Positions 47,970-57,664 of a DNA stretch of 64,000 nucleotides are shown here, piece by piece. Under the pieces are notes generated by a model. That model ran no database searches. It was given only the letters and a program-made list of their open reading frames with translations, and was not told where the DNA came from. The stretch spans positions 186,001-250,000 of the forward strand of contig QPMI01000439.1 in assembly GCA_004431415.1 (NCBI GenBank), in the 5' to 3' direction. The first letter of the stretch is position 1. Each line of letters begins with the position of its first letter. Origin of the DNA: Cyanophora paradoxa CCMP329 (Eukaryota; Plantae; Glaucophyta). Made by a program: the position numbers and the translations under genes.

Positions 47970-50900
47970 ATGGACGTTACCCAAAATAATGCAGCGACTC
48001 GGCGCTTCCGGTTGGCCAGAATCAAAGACCAGATCGAAGCGCTCGCGATTTCATTGTATAATCGACGCGTCATACATGGAGCTTTCAAAAATAAATTGAT
48101 TAGAATTTCAGCACAAGGGTCGAGAACACGGTTTGCAACTTTGGAAAAGTACGCTTCACTTTTGAACGAACTTGCAAGACTTCCTAGGCCAGCGCGTCCT
48201 GTGTCAGGTCGTCGACTAGAGCTGGCGATCGCAGAGGTGCAGGCAGAGATCGTCCGTGGCTTTGCCGAGCTGCCTGAGGATGACGGTGGAAATGATGTTC
48301 AAATCAATGACGGAAATACTACAACAGCGCTTGACGGGCGATATGCGGAGTGGAAATACCAATTGCCTCGCGGTTCTGGCCGCGTAACATCAATGCAAGC
48401 TCGCTTCGAGAATTCTGAGCAGTTCAAACAGAATGCTATATCATTCGTAAGCGCCCAGGTAAATCTTGCAGAGGCGGTAAGAATGGGCATTGCACTACAA
48501 ATCTCTGGATTGGGTGTCTACAGAAAGCCAGAGACAGATTCTACGATCGCTATCGTTATTGAACATCGTCGTTTCGATCGCATCGAGCCAGGGACAAGCA
48601 TTGAGGCGGCCTTGCGTTCACAGCTCGAAGAATTAGACATGATCTCGGCAGAGAAAAGCAGGGATTCCTCAGTATTTGACACGTGGGTGTATCTGGTCTT
48701 TAAAACTGTGCGCTATTTCCGCAGGATTGGTGGCCGTGGCCGAGGCTTTGTACTGCCAAAGTGGCTCTCAGACAAGCACGCGCTTATCAATATAAATGCA
48801 CCGAACAACGAGTGCTTTAAATACGCAGTCCTTGCTGCTCGCAATCCATTGGGCGAAGGTGTTGATTCTCGGCATGCAGGGAACTACCGCCAGCACGAGA
48901 CATCGCTGGACTGCTCAATGCTTACATATCCGACCCCGCTTGACTCGAGGATGTTCACCAAATTCGAGCAAGCAAATAACGTCAAGCTCTGCGTTTATAC
49001 AACTGCTCTAGATAAGCAGGATATCATACCAATCCATATCAGTGCTGCGAGAGACGCAATCCCAATACTGTATGTGCCGGCTGGGGAGGGAAACGATGTC
49101 GGGCATTACCTCTGGATTAAGAGCGTCTCACGACTGTTCCGAAAGAACGAATCAAATGCAAAGCACTATTGCTTAGCCTGCCAGGTCGGTTTTAGCTCAG
49201 ATCAAGCATTTGAAAATCATCTGAAATATGACCGTTGCCTTGATCGGGATGAACACGCAAGAGATGTTCTGCCGGAGAAAGGAGCACATATCCAGAAGTT
49301 TATTAACTTTGAGTACTCAATCCGGCAACGTCTGGTCGGATATGCTGATTCAGAGACGATTACAATGCCAATTCCCTGCATTAGTGGAAAGACCGAAAAG
49401 AAAGGTGTGCATGTGATTGCTTCAGTCGGCTGTCTGGTTGTATCTTCAAAAGGTGAACAGTTTTGTTTCAAATACATGGGTTCGGAGAGCGAGGACTGCA
49501 CTGAGAAGTTCGTGCAATGGTTGGACGAAATGGAACCACAATTCCGAGAGCTTTTGCGAGAGACTGCACCAATCCAGATTACTCAGGAAGAGGAGCAGCG
49601 TTTTCAAACGACGACCGAGTGCTACATGTGCAAGAACACGTTCAAGGATGCGAAAGACAAGCACCGTGATCACTGCCACGAATCTGGCCGATATTTCGGG
49701 GCTGCCTGCAGAGCTTGCAATCGACGCCGCGCGAAATCAGCTGCTGTTCCATTATTCTGGCACAACGGTCGAGGATTTGACTTCCACCTGCTCGTACGTG
49801 CTCTAGCATCTGGCTATAACCGTCGTTTAGCAGCTTGGAAGGAGTTTCAAGCGCATGTCGAAAGCGAGTTTGAAAGCAAGTACGGTGGGCGTGAGATGAC
49901 CCCAGAGCAGAAAAAGAAGGCGAAGAAGGGGCTCGAACGCCGGCTCCGCCCGCAGAGTCTCCTTTCGATAAAATTCGATCAGGTCTTCCAGAATAGCGAG
50001 CGAATTTCGCAGTTCAAGTATGGAATTTACGTTCTACGGGACTCGGCTCAGCACTTGAATGCGAGCTTGGACGACCTTGCAAAGGCTCTGCCCGCGGAGA
50101 AGAAGAAGATCACGCGCTCGCTGTATCTGGACGAGACTCGGTTCAAGCTGATGACTAGCAAAGGGATTTACCCTTATGACTACATGACGAGCTGGGCTCG
50201 CTTTCAGGAGTCTAAACTGCCTGCACGTCGTTATTTCAAAAATCAGCTTAAACAGAAGAAATGCACGAAAGATGAGTACGCACATGCGAAGGCTGTTTGG
50301 CGAGAGCTCGGCTGCAGAACGCTATCAGGCTATACAATGGAGTATATGATGACAGATATCGCGTTACTAGCTGACGTGTTTGAAAACTATCGTGATACGT
50401 GTATTGAAACGTATGGCCTAGATCCTAGCTATTTTATGTCATCGCCGGGATTTGCTTGGCAGGCAGCACTTAAGCACACTGGAGTGAAGCTCGAGCTCTT
50501 TCACGAGGGGCAGCAGGATATGCACAGATTTATAGAATCCGGGATCAGGGGCGGAATCTCAATGATCTCAAAACGCTACGCACGAGCTGAGAACAAATAT
50601 TTGAGCATAAAGTTCAACAAGTACACCCACGCTGTTGAGCCTACAGTCTCACAGTCTACATGCATTTCTAACTACTACCGAACACACAAGGAATCGTGGC
50701 TCATGTACCTCGATGCAAACAACTTGTACGGCGTCGCAATGAAGCGCAAGCTACCCACAGGAGATTTCCGCTGGGATAAACTAGATCAAGACGTTGATGT
50801 AATGCAGTACGTTGCAAGCCTTGACGCGGATGGAGCTCGTGGCTATGCTCTCGAAGTCGATATGTACATGCCTGAGCATCTCCATGACGAGTTCTCAGAC

Positions 50901-52028
50901 TATCCGCTGGCCCCTGAACGGATGTGTGTGTCCAAGGAACACCTATCAAAGCGACAACAGGATATGATTAACGACGAGAAGCTTACCTCAGTTGAACGAA
51001 CTCCAAAGCTCGTTCCAAATCTGCTTCCAAAAAAGAATTATGTTGTTGATGGACGCTTGCTTCAGCTCTATACGTCACTGGGAATGATAGTAACCAACAT
51101 CCATCGGATCCTATCGTACGAACAAAGCGCATGGCTAGGGCGTTTCATAGATCTCAATACTCAAAAACGTAAAGAATCGCAGTTCACATACCAGAAGGAC
51201 CTTTACAAGTTGATGAACAACAGTGTCTTTGGCAAAACAATGGAGAACGTGAGAAAGCACTGCTTTTCAGAGCTTGTGACTTCGGGAGACCGTCTGGTGA
51301 AGATCAACAGCGAACCAAATCGGTTGAAGCAGGTGGTGATGTACGAAGAGAACCTTGTATTCGTTTCCAAGCGCAAAAGTGAGTACAATCTGAACAAACC
51401 TATCTACTGCGGGTTCGTCATCCTCGAACTTTCCAAGCTGCACATGTACCGCTTTTACTACCAGGTGCTCAAGCTGCTTTGGGGCCAGCGGCTGACACTA
51501 TTAGGTACGGATACTGACAGTCTCATCATCGAGGTTCGCACCAAAGATATCTATGCTGATTTACGCTCAATCAAGCATGAGCTGGATGTTAGCGACTACC
51601 CAGAGACACATCGATTCTTCGATGGCATGACAGCCGATGAGGTTCGAGCTCTACGATCGATGGGGAAAACTCCGGGATTATTCAAGGATGAGCTCCATGG
51701 TCTGCAAATGACAGAGTGGATCGCTAACCGGCCGAAATCTTACTATTATTCGCGTGAAGATTCCACGGACAAGCAGGTATGCAAGGGTATTCAAAAGACG
51801 TACTACAACAGACTCACAAGGGATGTATTCTTCCGGTGCGTCTGCCCTAAAGAGGGAGAAAAGCAATCGTATGACATCAAAGGAATTCTCGGTTTCCGCT
51901 CGAAACTACATGAGATTTATTTACAACGAACCTCGCGTCAGGCTCTACATCCCCTTGATACCAAACGCTTCCTCGAGACTGACGGGATCAACACCCGAGC
52001 GATTGGACATTATAAAAATCGCGCCTGA
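47970..52028 (+). CDS. Protein-primed family B DNA polymerase with endonuclease VII-like insertion
   Basis: 1352 aa. YADSET, HNGRGFDFH, KGIYPYDYM, IRGG, YLDANNLYG, KLMNNSVFGK, GTDTDS; CYMC...RDHCHESGRYFGAACRACN (EndoVII-like); NECFKY...GHY Cys/His pair. Confidence 0.96.
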   Translation: MDVTQNNAATRRFRLARIKDQIEALAISLYNRRVIHGAFKNKLIRISAQGSRTRFATLEKYASLLNELARLPRPARPVSGRRLELAIAEVQAEIVRGFAELPEDDGGNDVQINDGNTTTALDGRYAEWKYQLPRGSGRVTSMQARFENSEQFKQNAISFVSAQVNLAEAVRMGIALQISGLGVYRKPETDSTIAIVIEHRRFDRIEPGTSIEAALRSQLEELDMISAEKSRDSSVFDTWVYLVFKTVRYFRRIGGRGRGFVLPKWLSDKHALININAPNNECFKYAVLAARNPLGEGVDSRHAGNYRQHETSLDCSMLTYPTPLDSRMFTKFEQANNVKLCVYTTALDKQDIIPIHISAARDAIPILYVPAGEGNDVGHYLWIKSVSRLFRKNESNAKHYCLACQVGFSSDQAFENHLKYDRCLDRDEHARDVLPEKGAHIQKFINFEYSIRQRLVGYADSETITMPIPCISGKTEKKGVHVIASVGCLVVSSKGEQFCFKYMGSESEDCTEKFVQWLDEMEPQFRELLRETAPIQITQEEEQRFQTTTECYMCKNTFKDAKDKHRDHCHESGRYFGAACRACNRRRAKSAAVPLFWHNGRGFDFHLLVRALASGYNRRLAAWKEFQAHVESEFESKYGGREMTPEQKKKAKKGLERRLRPQSLLSIKFDQVFQNSERISQFKYGIYVLRDSAQHLNASLDDLAKALPAEKKKITRSLYLDETRFKLMTSKGIYPYDYMTSWARFQESKLPARRYFKNQLKQKKCTKDEYAHAKAVWRELGCRTLSGYTMEYMMTDIALLADVFENYRDTCIETYGLDPSYFMSSPGFAWQAALKHTGVKLELFHEGQQDMHRFIESGIRGGISMISKRYARAENKYLSIKFNKYTHAVEPTVSQSTCISNYYRTHKESWLMYLDANNLYGVAMKRKLPTGDFRWDKLDQDVDVMQYVASLDADGARGYALEVDMYMPEHLHDEFSDYPLAPERMCVSKEHLSKRQQDMINDEKLTSVERTPKLVPNLLPKKNYVVDGRLLQLYTSLGMIVTNIHRILSYEQSAWLGRFIDLNTQKRKESQFTYQKDLYKLMNNSVFGKTMENVRKHCFSELVTSGDRLVKINSEPNRLKQVVMYEENLVFVSKRKSEYNLNKPIYCGFVILELSKLHMYRFYYQVLKLLWGQRLTLLGTDTDSLIIEVRTKDIYADLRSIKHELDVSDYPETHRFFDGMTADEVRALRSMGKTPGLFKDELHGLQMTEWIANRPKSYYYSREDSTDKQVCKGIQKTYYNRLTRDVFFRCVCPKEGEKQSYDIKGILGFRSKLHEIYLQRTSRQALHPLDTKRFLETDGINTRAIGHYKNRA

Positions 52029-52037
52029 TTTACAAAG

Positions 52038-52988
52038 ATGTACCAGATTACTGCGCCACCCGGTGCGTGGCAAATTGACGTGCTGTTCATTGGGAGATTT
52101 CGCCTGTTCGCAGCGGTCGAGATTGCAACCCGTTTCGCTGTGGTCCGTAAGCTCGAGACTTTTAAGCAGCTTCCAAAAATGATCGAGCAGCTACCTGGAA
52201 TATGGGGCTTTTCAGGAGACAACGGCTTCAACACAGCAGCAATTCGGGAAATGGCTGAAGAGAACTCGTTGAAAATGCACACTGATGTGGCTAAGGATGA
52301 TCACATTTCAAAAGGCTCCAAGCTGGGAATTATCGACAGGTTCGCGAGGACATTGCGAGCACTGATTCAGACTGATACAGAAGCTCGTGGCTCCCCGCAT
52401 TTCCTCTCACGTTTGCCGGCAATTGTCAAGGCGTACAATGAAACAGCCCACAGCTCTTTCGGCGGGGAGCACTCACCAAAGTGGATGCGGGAAAATACAC
52501 AGGTAGCCGAGCAGCTGCATCAAGTTAGACAGCGACAGAACGATATTGAACGAGACAATTCGAACATACCGCGCACAGGGACCGAAGTGCAAGTCCTGGA
52601 GCCGAAGCCAAGCGTTTTTGCGAAGGGAACCACAAAGCCAAGCAAGGAGACGTACATAGTTGCTGGCGCAGACAAGAACCGTGTTCGACTCGTTACAAAA
52701 CAGGTTGTGGAAATTTCTAGACGTGTTAAACCATCGGAAATACGTCAACCGCGTGAGCTTGCACCTCAAACACGAATCGAAAAAGAAGAAGTGCAAATGC
52801 GACAGCAGAGACGATTGAGACGTGAGGGTTTGATCGAAACAAAAAAATACAGCGGTCAAAGCCGGCAGTATCGAGAGCTCAAGAAGCTTGAGATTGCAGG
52901 GGAGCCAAAGCTACGAGCAGGTGCTAAAGCTGCATCACCTCGAGCTCTACAGAAGCTCCGCTCTTCGCGAGGCATCTACGCGCAATAG
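52038..52988 (+). CDS. rve-type integrase (short; third acidic residue is Asp)
   Basis: WQIDVLF, SGDNGF, LGIIDRFARTLR, YNETAHSS. Confidence 0.85.
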   Translation: MYQITAPPGAWQIDVLFIGRFRLFAAVEIATRFAVVRKLETFKQLPKMIEQLPGIWGFSGDNGFNTAAIREMAEENSLKMHTDVAKDDHISKGSKLGIIDRFARTLRALIQTDTEARGSPHFLSRLPAIVKAYNETAHSSFGGEHSPKWMRENTQVAEQLHQVRQRQNDIERDNSNIPRTGTEVQVLEPKPSVFAKGTTKPSKETYIVAGADKNRVRLVTKQVVEISRRVKPSEIRQPRELAPQTRIEKEEVQMRQQRRLRREGLIETKKYSGQSRQYRELKKLEIAGEPKLRAGAKAASPRALQKLRSSRGIYAQ

Positions 52989-53268
52989 CATTCCTGTGGT
53001 ACTCCCGGATCCTATCAGGATTCTCAGCTCGATACTTCGCTGTGATGGCAAGCTGTTTCAAACGGTATGTTTCGTTCGTGTGGCGCAGTTTGCGATTGCG
53101 TTCAGCATTCTTTCTGCGTCGCTCTGCTAAAATCTCCGGGGTGACCTCCATCGGTTTAGGCCCCTTCTTCTTCGGCTGATAAGGCTCCATTGTTAAAAGA
53201 CGAACCTTAGGGGGTCGCCCACGGCCACGTTTAACCGCAACGCAATCCGCAGTAATTGCAGAAGTCAT
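52924..53268 (-). CDS. Small basic AT-hook protein
   Basis: KRGRGRPPK AT-hook plus a basic helix; homolog of 5056-5331. Confidence 0.7.
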   Translation of the reverse strand: MTSAITADCVAVKRGRGRPPKVRLLTMEPYQPKKKGPKPMEVTPEILAERRRKNAERNRKLRHTNETYRLKQLAITAKYRAENPDRIREYHRNAIARRCLAKSGASVELEVMQL

Positions 53269-53399
53269 TGTTCGGTTTGTCTCTCAATAATAAGAGACAT
53301 AAATCCTTTTAAGACAAATTAGCGCGACTTTTAAGTCTTAAAGATAATGCAAACTGTAAATGTAACGAAAAAGTCGCAGACAAGCAGCTCGCTGCGCAG

Positions 53400-53930
53400 A
53401 TGGAGGTCATCGTTCCAGATGTTCCAGAGGGAGCTGCTTTGATTCCGTTAGGCGGTATTCGCAATCGGCGCAAAGTAATCGTCGCCTACGCTTTTGTATC
53501 ACAGGATGATGCTGATCGAGTGCTGGAGAAACGATGGTGTTTGAACAATGGTTATACCTCGAGCAAGATCAATGGAAAGAATATGTATTTGCATACGTTC
53601 ATTGTTGGGAGACTTGAGAATGACCTTACTGTAGATCACATTAATAATAACAAACTCGATAATCGTCGCGAGAATCTACGTTTGGCGACAAAGCGTCAGC
53701 AGATGTTGAACCAAAACCGTCGGCTCACAAACACATCAGGATTCATTGGCGTCAGCTTCTATGAGCGACTTTGTAAATGGAAAGCAAATTACAGGATCAA
53801 TGGCCGTCTAAAGAACATCGGCTACTTTGCAACCGCCGAAGCAGCAGCTCAAGCTCGTGATGCTTACGTTATAGAACATACCAGCGAAGAGGACAAGCCG
53901 TTTCTGCGGCTGAACTTCCCACAGGTTTGA
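53400..53930 (+). CDS. HNH endonuclease with C-terminal AP2 domain
   Basis: VDHINNNKLDNRRENLR (HNH); TSGFIGVS...KWKA...IGYFATAEAAAQARD...LNFP (AP2). Confidence 0.92.
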   Translation: MEVIVPDVPEGAALIPLGGIRNRRKVIVAYAFVSQDDADRVLEKRWCLNNGYTSSKINGKNMYLHTFIVGRLENDLTVDHINNNKLDNRRENLRLATKRQQMLNQNRRLTNTSGFIGVSFYERLCKWKANYRINGRLKNIGYFATAEAAAQARDAYVIEHTSEEDKPFLRLNFPQV

Positions 53931-53961
53931 ATGAAGGGAATAACACCCCTTTATCTTTTTA

Positions 53962-54345
53962 ATGGAACTCGAACTCGAAACGGCAGAGGAAGAGTTAAAT
54001 CTAGAAGACTGTTGGCCAGGCAGGAGTCAACTCACCCCAAGTCACTGCATCAGCTTTGGTATTTTTAAAGGAGCCTCCTACCTGTGGATCGCGACATCAC
54101 GTCCAGAATATACAAGTTGGTTGCTCAAACAGTCCTGGCTACCGACTTTCGATCGCGCTGCTTTTTTACGCGCACAAAGCGCAATAGAGCCGAAGTCGTT
54201 CCAGAGGCTTTGTCAACAGCATAAACGCGGTCCGCGCTCACGCCTTCATATATCAAAACCTGAAACGAATGACCCCATTCAACGAAAAGACGCATTAGAT
54301 TTGCTCGACTCGCTCCGGCATTATATTCGTCGAAGCAAGTGTTGA
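53962..54345 (+). CDS. Small DUF3820/ExoX-C-like protein
   Basis: ISFGIFKG...RPEYTSWLL; homolog of 4648-4944; overlaps the ATPase 3' end in antisense. Confidence 0.6.
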   Translation: MELELETAEEELNLEDCWPGRSQLTPSHCISFGIFKGASYLWIATSRPEYTSWLLKQSWLPTFDRAAFLRAQSAIEPKSFQRLCQQHKRGPRSRLHISKPETNDPIQRKDALDLLDSLRHYIRRSKC

Positions 54346-54829
54346 ACTCTTTAACATTGCTCAAAATCGACGAAAAGCAAACGTACTCACAGTTCCGCCG
54401 AATCGTCGGACTGATGCCACAAAGACGTTGAGTCGTTATGAAAAGGGTGGTGTTGTAATGACGGCCAGAAGTAAATAGCTTTTGCATGAGTCTGTCACTG
54501 TGGACATTTACTAGGTCATTGTCAAGTAAATCGTCTAAAACAATTGCAATCTTGCGATCATCATTTTTGCGTCTTCTTTCTTTTTGTCGTTCTAGCAGCG
54601 CTTCAACCAAAACTGGATCCCATTCTTCCTGGATATTACTTGGTCGTGTTGTATCATTCCATTGCCCAGTAAATGCGGTCGTACTGAAGACGTAAATATC
54701 GTCTAACTGTGGCGCTACAGCATTTAGCACGTGTTTTACGTAGGTGCTCTTGCCCGAGTTTGTTGGACCGACAAACAAGAACCGTTTAGGCAGTTTTATT
54801 TCTGTAGGATCAAACAGTTTGATATCCAT
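54125..54829 (-). CDS. A32-like packaging ATPase
   Basis: GPTNSGKS, IVLDD, SGRHYN, TTQ, IRRN. Confidence 0.92.
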   Translation of the reverse strand: MDIKLFDPTEIKLPKRFLFVGPTNSGKSTYVKHVLNAVAPQLDDIYVFSTTAFTGQWNDTTRPSNIQEEWDPVLVEALLERQKERRRKNDDRKIAIVLDDLLDNDLVNVHSDRLMQKLFTSGRHYNTTLFITTQRLCGISPTIRRNCEYVCFSSILSNVKEFNTCFDEYNAGASRANLMRLFVEWGHSFQVLIYEGVSADRVYAVDKASGTTSALLRFVRVKKQRDRKSVARTV

Positions 54830-56059
54830 CTAGAAGTTACTTACCTTTAGAGTTGACATTTGATACGAGTTAATTACGAGAACATTGTGGCGCAGGACGT
54901 GGAAGTCAACAACTGCTGGCGCTGCGTTTGTGCAGCCGGTCACAGTTAGCGAGCAGTAGCTGCTGCTGGAATTAAAGAAGTCTGTGTAGCCGAGGACAGC
55001 GTTATGCAGTGAGTCTTTGCCAGATTTCGAAAGCACAATCCCATAGACATTTCCGTCCTCGAAGCCAAGAGCTGAATTGCCAGTGGTTGCACCGCGGTAT
55101 TGAGTTGGAATGTGATAGCACGATGATACAAACCCAGAGATTGGCTTATTGCTGATGTCGAGAGTTCGGTTGTTGTGCATGATCTCAAACGAATCGATTT
55201 TCAGCGCATTTCCGTTGCCAGCAAATGAATTGTGATTGCGAGTGCCCAGGTGATTCGCATTACGCACTGTCATCAGGATCGCGTGCACAAGGCCGCTGAC
55301 GTTGGCAAGGGAGATTTCGACTGCATTCCCCGCGTCGTCAGTCTTTAACTGCCTCGAGCGCTTTGAAATAATCTCGGTGAAAGGAATTCGAATACCACCG
55401 CTCTCGTTTGCAGATTTAAGCATAGACTCAGCCTCTTCGCTAGGGATATTCACGAACTGGCAAACCAGGGCACAATCCGTTAGAGTTGCAACAGCACTAG
55501 CGACAGTTCCAACCACCGAAGCCGAACGGAAGTCAATCTCGACGGTGGGCATGTCAGCCAGTGCGAGGAGCGGGAAGTATGAATTGTCCCAGAGCTGGGA
55601 GGGGATCTTTAGCACATACTCGCGACTGGCATCGAGAATCTCAAGAGCAGCGTCCTTTCCAAAGCCGTAGCTGCTAGCAAAAGCCTGGGCGGATGCAACG
55701 CTATTATCGATGAGCGCGTTCACAGTAAGCCAGTCTCCTGGGATCACCATCTTGAAGGATCCATGAACAAATCGCACGTTTTCAATAAATGCACCTGCGC
55801 CATTCGGCAGCACTGAGGCGGCCGCTCCGCCAGCGACGCTGACCTTAAAGTATAGCGAGACACCGTTTAGAAGTTGCTTGCGCGGAAGGTCGAAAGCGGC
55901 AGTCTGCGCGAAGCCGTACGAGTTGCCTCGCGGACGGATCGTTTCAAGGAAAGGCTTGAACTTGGGGCTGACACCGACAGTGAGACCCGGGGATAGATAA
56001 AGCTCGCTTGAACCTTTGGTAGTGAGGAGCTCCTTTAGAGTTGTTCCTGCTTGCGCCAT
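54830..56059 (-). CDS. Major capsid protein (putative double jelly-roll)
   Basis: 409 aa; homologous to 1875-3263; stop codon abuts the ATPase start codon. Confidence 0.75.
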   Translation of the reverse strand: MAQAGTTLKELLTTKGSSELYLSPGLTVGVSPKFKPFLETIRPRGNSYGFAQTAAFDLPRKQLLNGVSLYFKVSVAGGAAASVLPNGAGAFIENVRFVHGSFKMVIPGDWLTVNALIDNSVASAQAFASSYGFGKDAALEILDASREYVLKIPSQLWDNSYFPLLALADMPTVEIDFRSASVVGTVASAVATLTDCALVCQFVNIPSEEAESMLKSANESGGIRIPFTEIISKRSRQLKTDDAGNAVEISLANVSGLVHAILMTVRNANHLGTRNHNSFAGNGNALKIDSFEIMHNNRTLDISNKPISGFVSSCYHIPTQYRGATTGNSALGFEDGNVYGIVLSKSGKDSLHNAVLGYTDFFNSSSSYCSLTVTGCTNAAPAVVDFHVLRHNVLVINSYQMSTLKVSNF

Positions 56060-56103
56060 TTGCTATTATAGACCAGAAAATTTTCATGCATATTGTTGTA
56101 AAG

Positions 56104-56981
56104 ATGAAGCTCCGCGTAAATGTCGATTCTAGGGACCGGTTCGAAGGCACGTCCTCGAATTTCAAGATCAATCTCCCAAGGCCCTCGTTAATGTAAAGTC
56201 GGTGCGAGTTGATTCGCTAGAACTGTTTCATAACATGTTCAACCTGTCCACACAAGCCGCAATTATCACCGGCACCCTTGATCCCTCTGGCGTTGAGAAA
56301 ACACGTGCCAACACTTTCAAGCCCGGAGTCTATACGCCAACCTCCCTTGCAAACTATCTAAGCACGCTTCTTAAAACCCAGCAGTATAGTTACGGTGGAA
56401 CTACTTATCAGCGCAAGTTCGTCGTTCAGTTCGAAGAGATCTCAATGCGGCTTAGGTTCCTGTGTGAAGCGGACTTTATTTTGAGCTTCACATCGGCCGA
56501 ACTAGCGAACCTGCTCGGGTTTGCGAAGACTCTCAGTGACCTTTCCAGTGAGCTTGACACACCTGAGACAATCGATGGCGTACAATATTCGTACGAGCTG
56601 TTCAGCGATATGCCAGTTGATCTACTTTATCACACGTATTTGTTCCTGTACATTCAGCAGATCAAAGGCTCGATCTTGACACTTAACCCCTATACAACGG
56701 GCTCGATCGCAAAGATTCACATCGACTCAAAATTCGGGGAGCTCATCAAGTTCACATCTGAGGATCGTGTTCCCGTCACAGGCTTCGATCGAAACGCTGA
56801 GCTGTCTGAACTTGACATATCGCTGCGCTATCATAATGGAACAGACGCTGTCACAAACACGGAGTTCTCGTTCGTGCTAGAGTTCGATATCGAGGATGTC
56901 TCTTACACGTCTGCTGCTGCTAAATCCGCAATCAAGAATGCAGCCAGCGAGTACGTCCCCTTCGACAGATCGTTCGCATAA
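56104..56981 (+). CDS. Minor capsid (penton-like) protein with a 1-nt frameshift near the 5' end
   Basis: ATG 56104 gives MKLRVNVDSRDRFEGTSSNFKINLPRP and joins (L)VNVKSVRVDSLEL if one C is added at ~56182-56184; later PGVY, LANLLGF, YLFLYI, SIAKI, FSFVLEF. Confidence 0.75.
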
Positions 56982-57006
56982 GTTTTTTCCCACTACTAGT
57001 TAAAAG

Positions 57007-57663
57007 ATGTCGACAGACAAGCAGTCTCGGCTGCGCACTCCGCGAAAGAAGTCGACAGACATGCAGTCTTGGCTGCGCACTTCCAGCCCTACTAAGAAGA
57101 ATCACATCGAGTTCTTGAGTGGTGATACTGATGCTTACCCGCTAGCCCGTCGCGCTGGTGGCGGTGAGGGTGCATCCAACGACTATGCTCTTACCGCCGA
57201 TGAGAACGCTATTCTTGATAAGATCCCGAATTCTCGGACTAAGAAGACCAAGACTAGCAAGCTAAGGGATACCGACGATGGGCCGCTGTACATCTCAGAG
57301 ACGGCTAATCGTAGCAGGTATTTCATTAAAACTGTGACCGGTCTTAAAACAGTTTCAAAGAAGCGAGCTAGTGATCTTATAGCTGGCATCGCGGCTGAGA
57401 CTAAGATGGAGAACAAGATTTTAAATGAACCGATCACGAAGACAAAGGTCGATAAGAAGGTTGCCCCTCCTGCATCTGCTGTTCCTGCTAAGACGATTGT
57501 TGCGATCCCCGAGGTCGATGAGAATGCTAGCGAGCTGCCTGTAGCTAACGCATCGATCCTGCGCATCGCCTCTAGCAGTGCTGATCCTGTCGGGCCGGCG
57601 ATCGAGTACAAGCCAATGCTGAGCGGCTTCACTAAGCTAGGGCTCCGGCATCGCTGGGAGTGA
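57007..57663 (+). CDS. Hypothetical basic (Lys/Thr-rich) viral protein
   Basis: 218-aa ORF with an AT-rich leader; short duplicated N-terminal unit (STDKQSRLRT / STDMQSWLRT). Confidence 0.6.
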   Translation: MSTDKQSRLRTPRKKSTDMQSWLRTSSPTKKNHIEFLSGDTDAYPLARRAGGGEGASNDYALTADENAILDKIPNSRTKKTKTSKLRDTDDGPLYISETANRSRYFIKTVTGLKTVSKKRASDLIAGIAAETKMENKILNEPITKTKVDKKVAPPASAVPAKTIVAIPEVDENASELPVANASILRIASSSADPVGPAIEYKPMLSGFTKLGLRHRWE

Positions 57664-57664
57664 A

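Noticed and set aside
29503-56200. Frameshifts in Gag-Pol, the element 2 penton (and ORF 4069-4700) as programmed frameshifting or true decay
   Set aside because: Those examined are single-base losses in G/C/A homopolymers inside elements with identical LTRs or TIRs, which fits long-read consensus error. Read-level polishing is needed to confirm.
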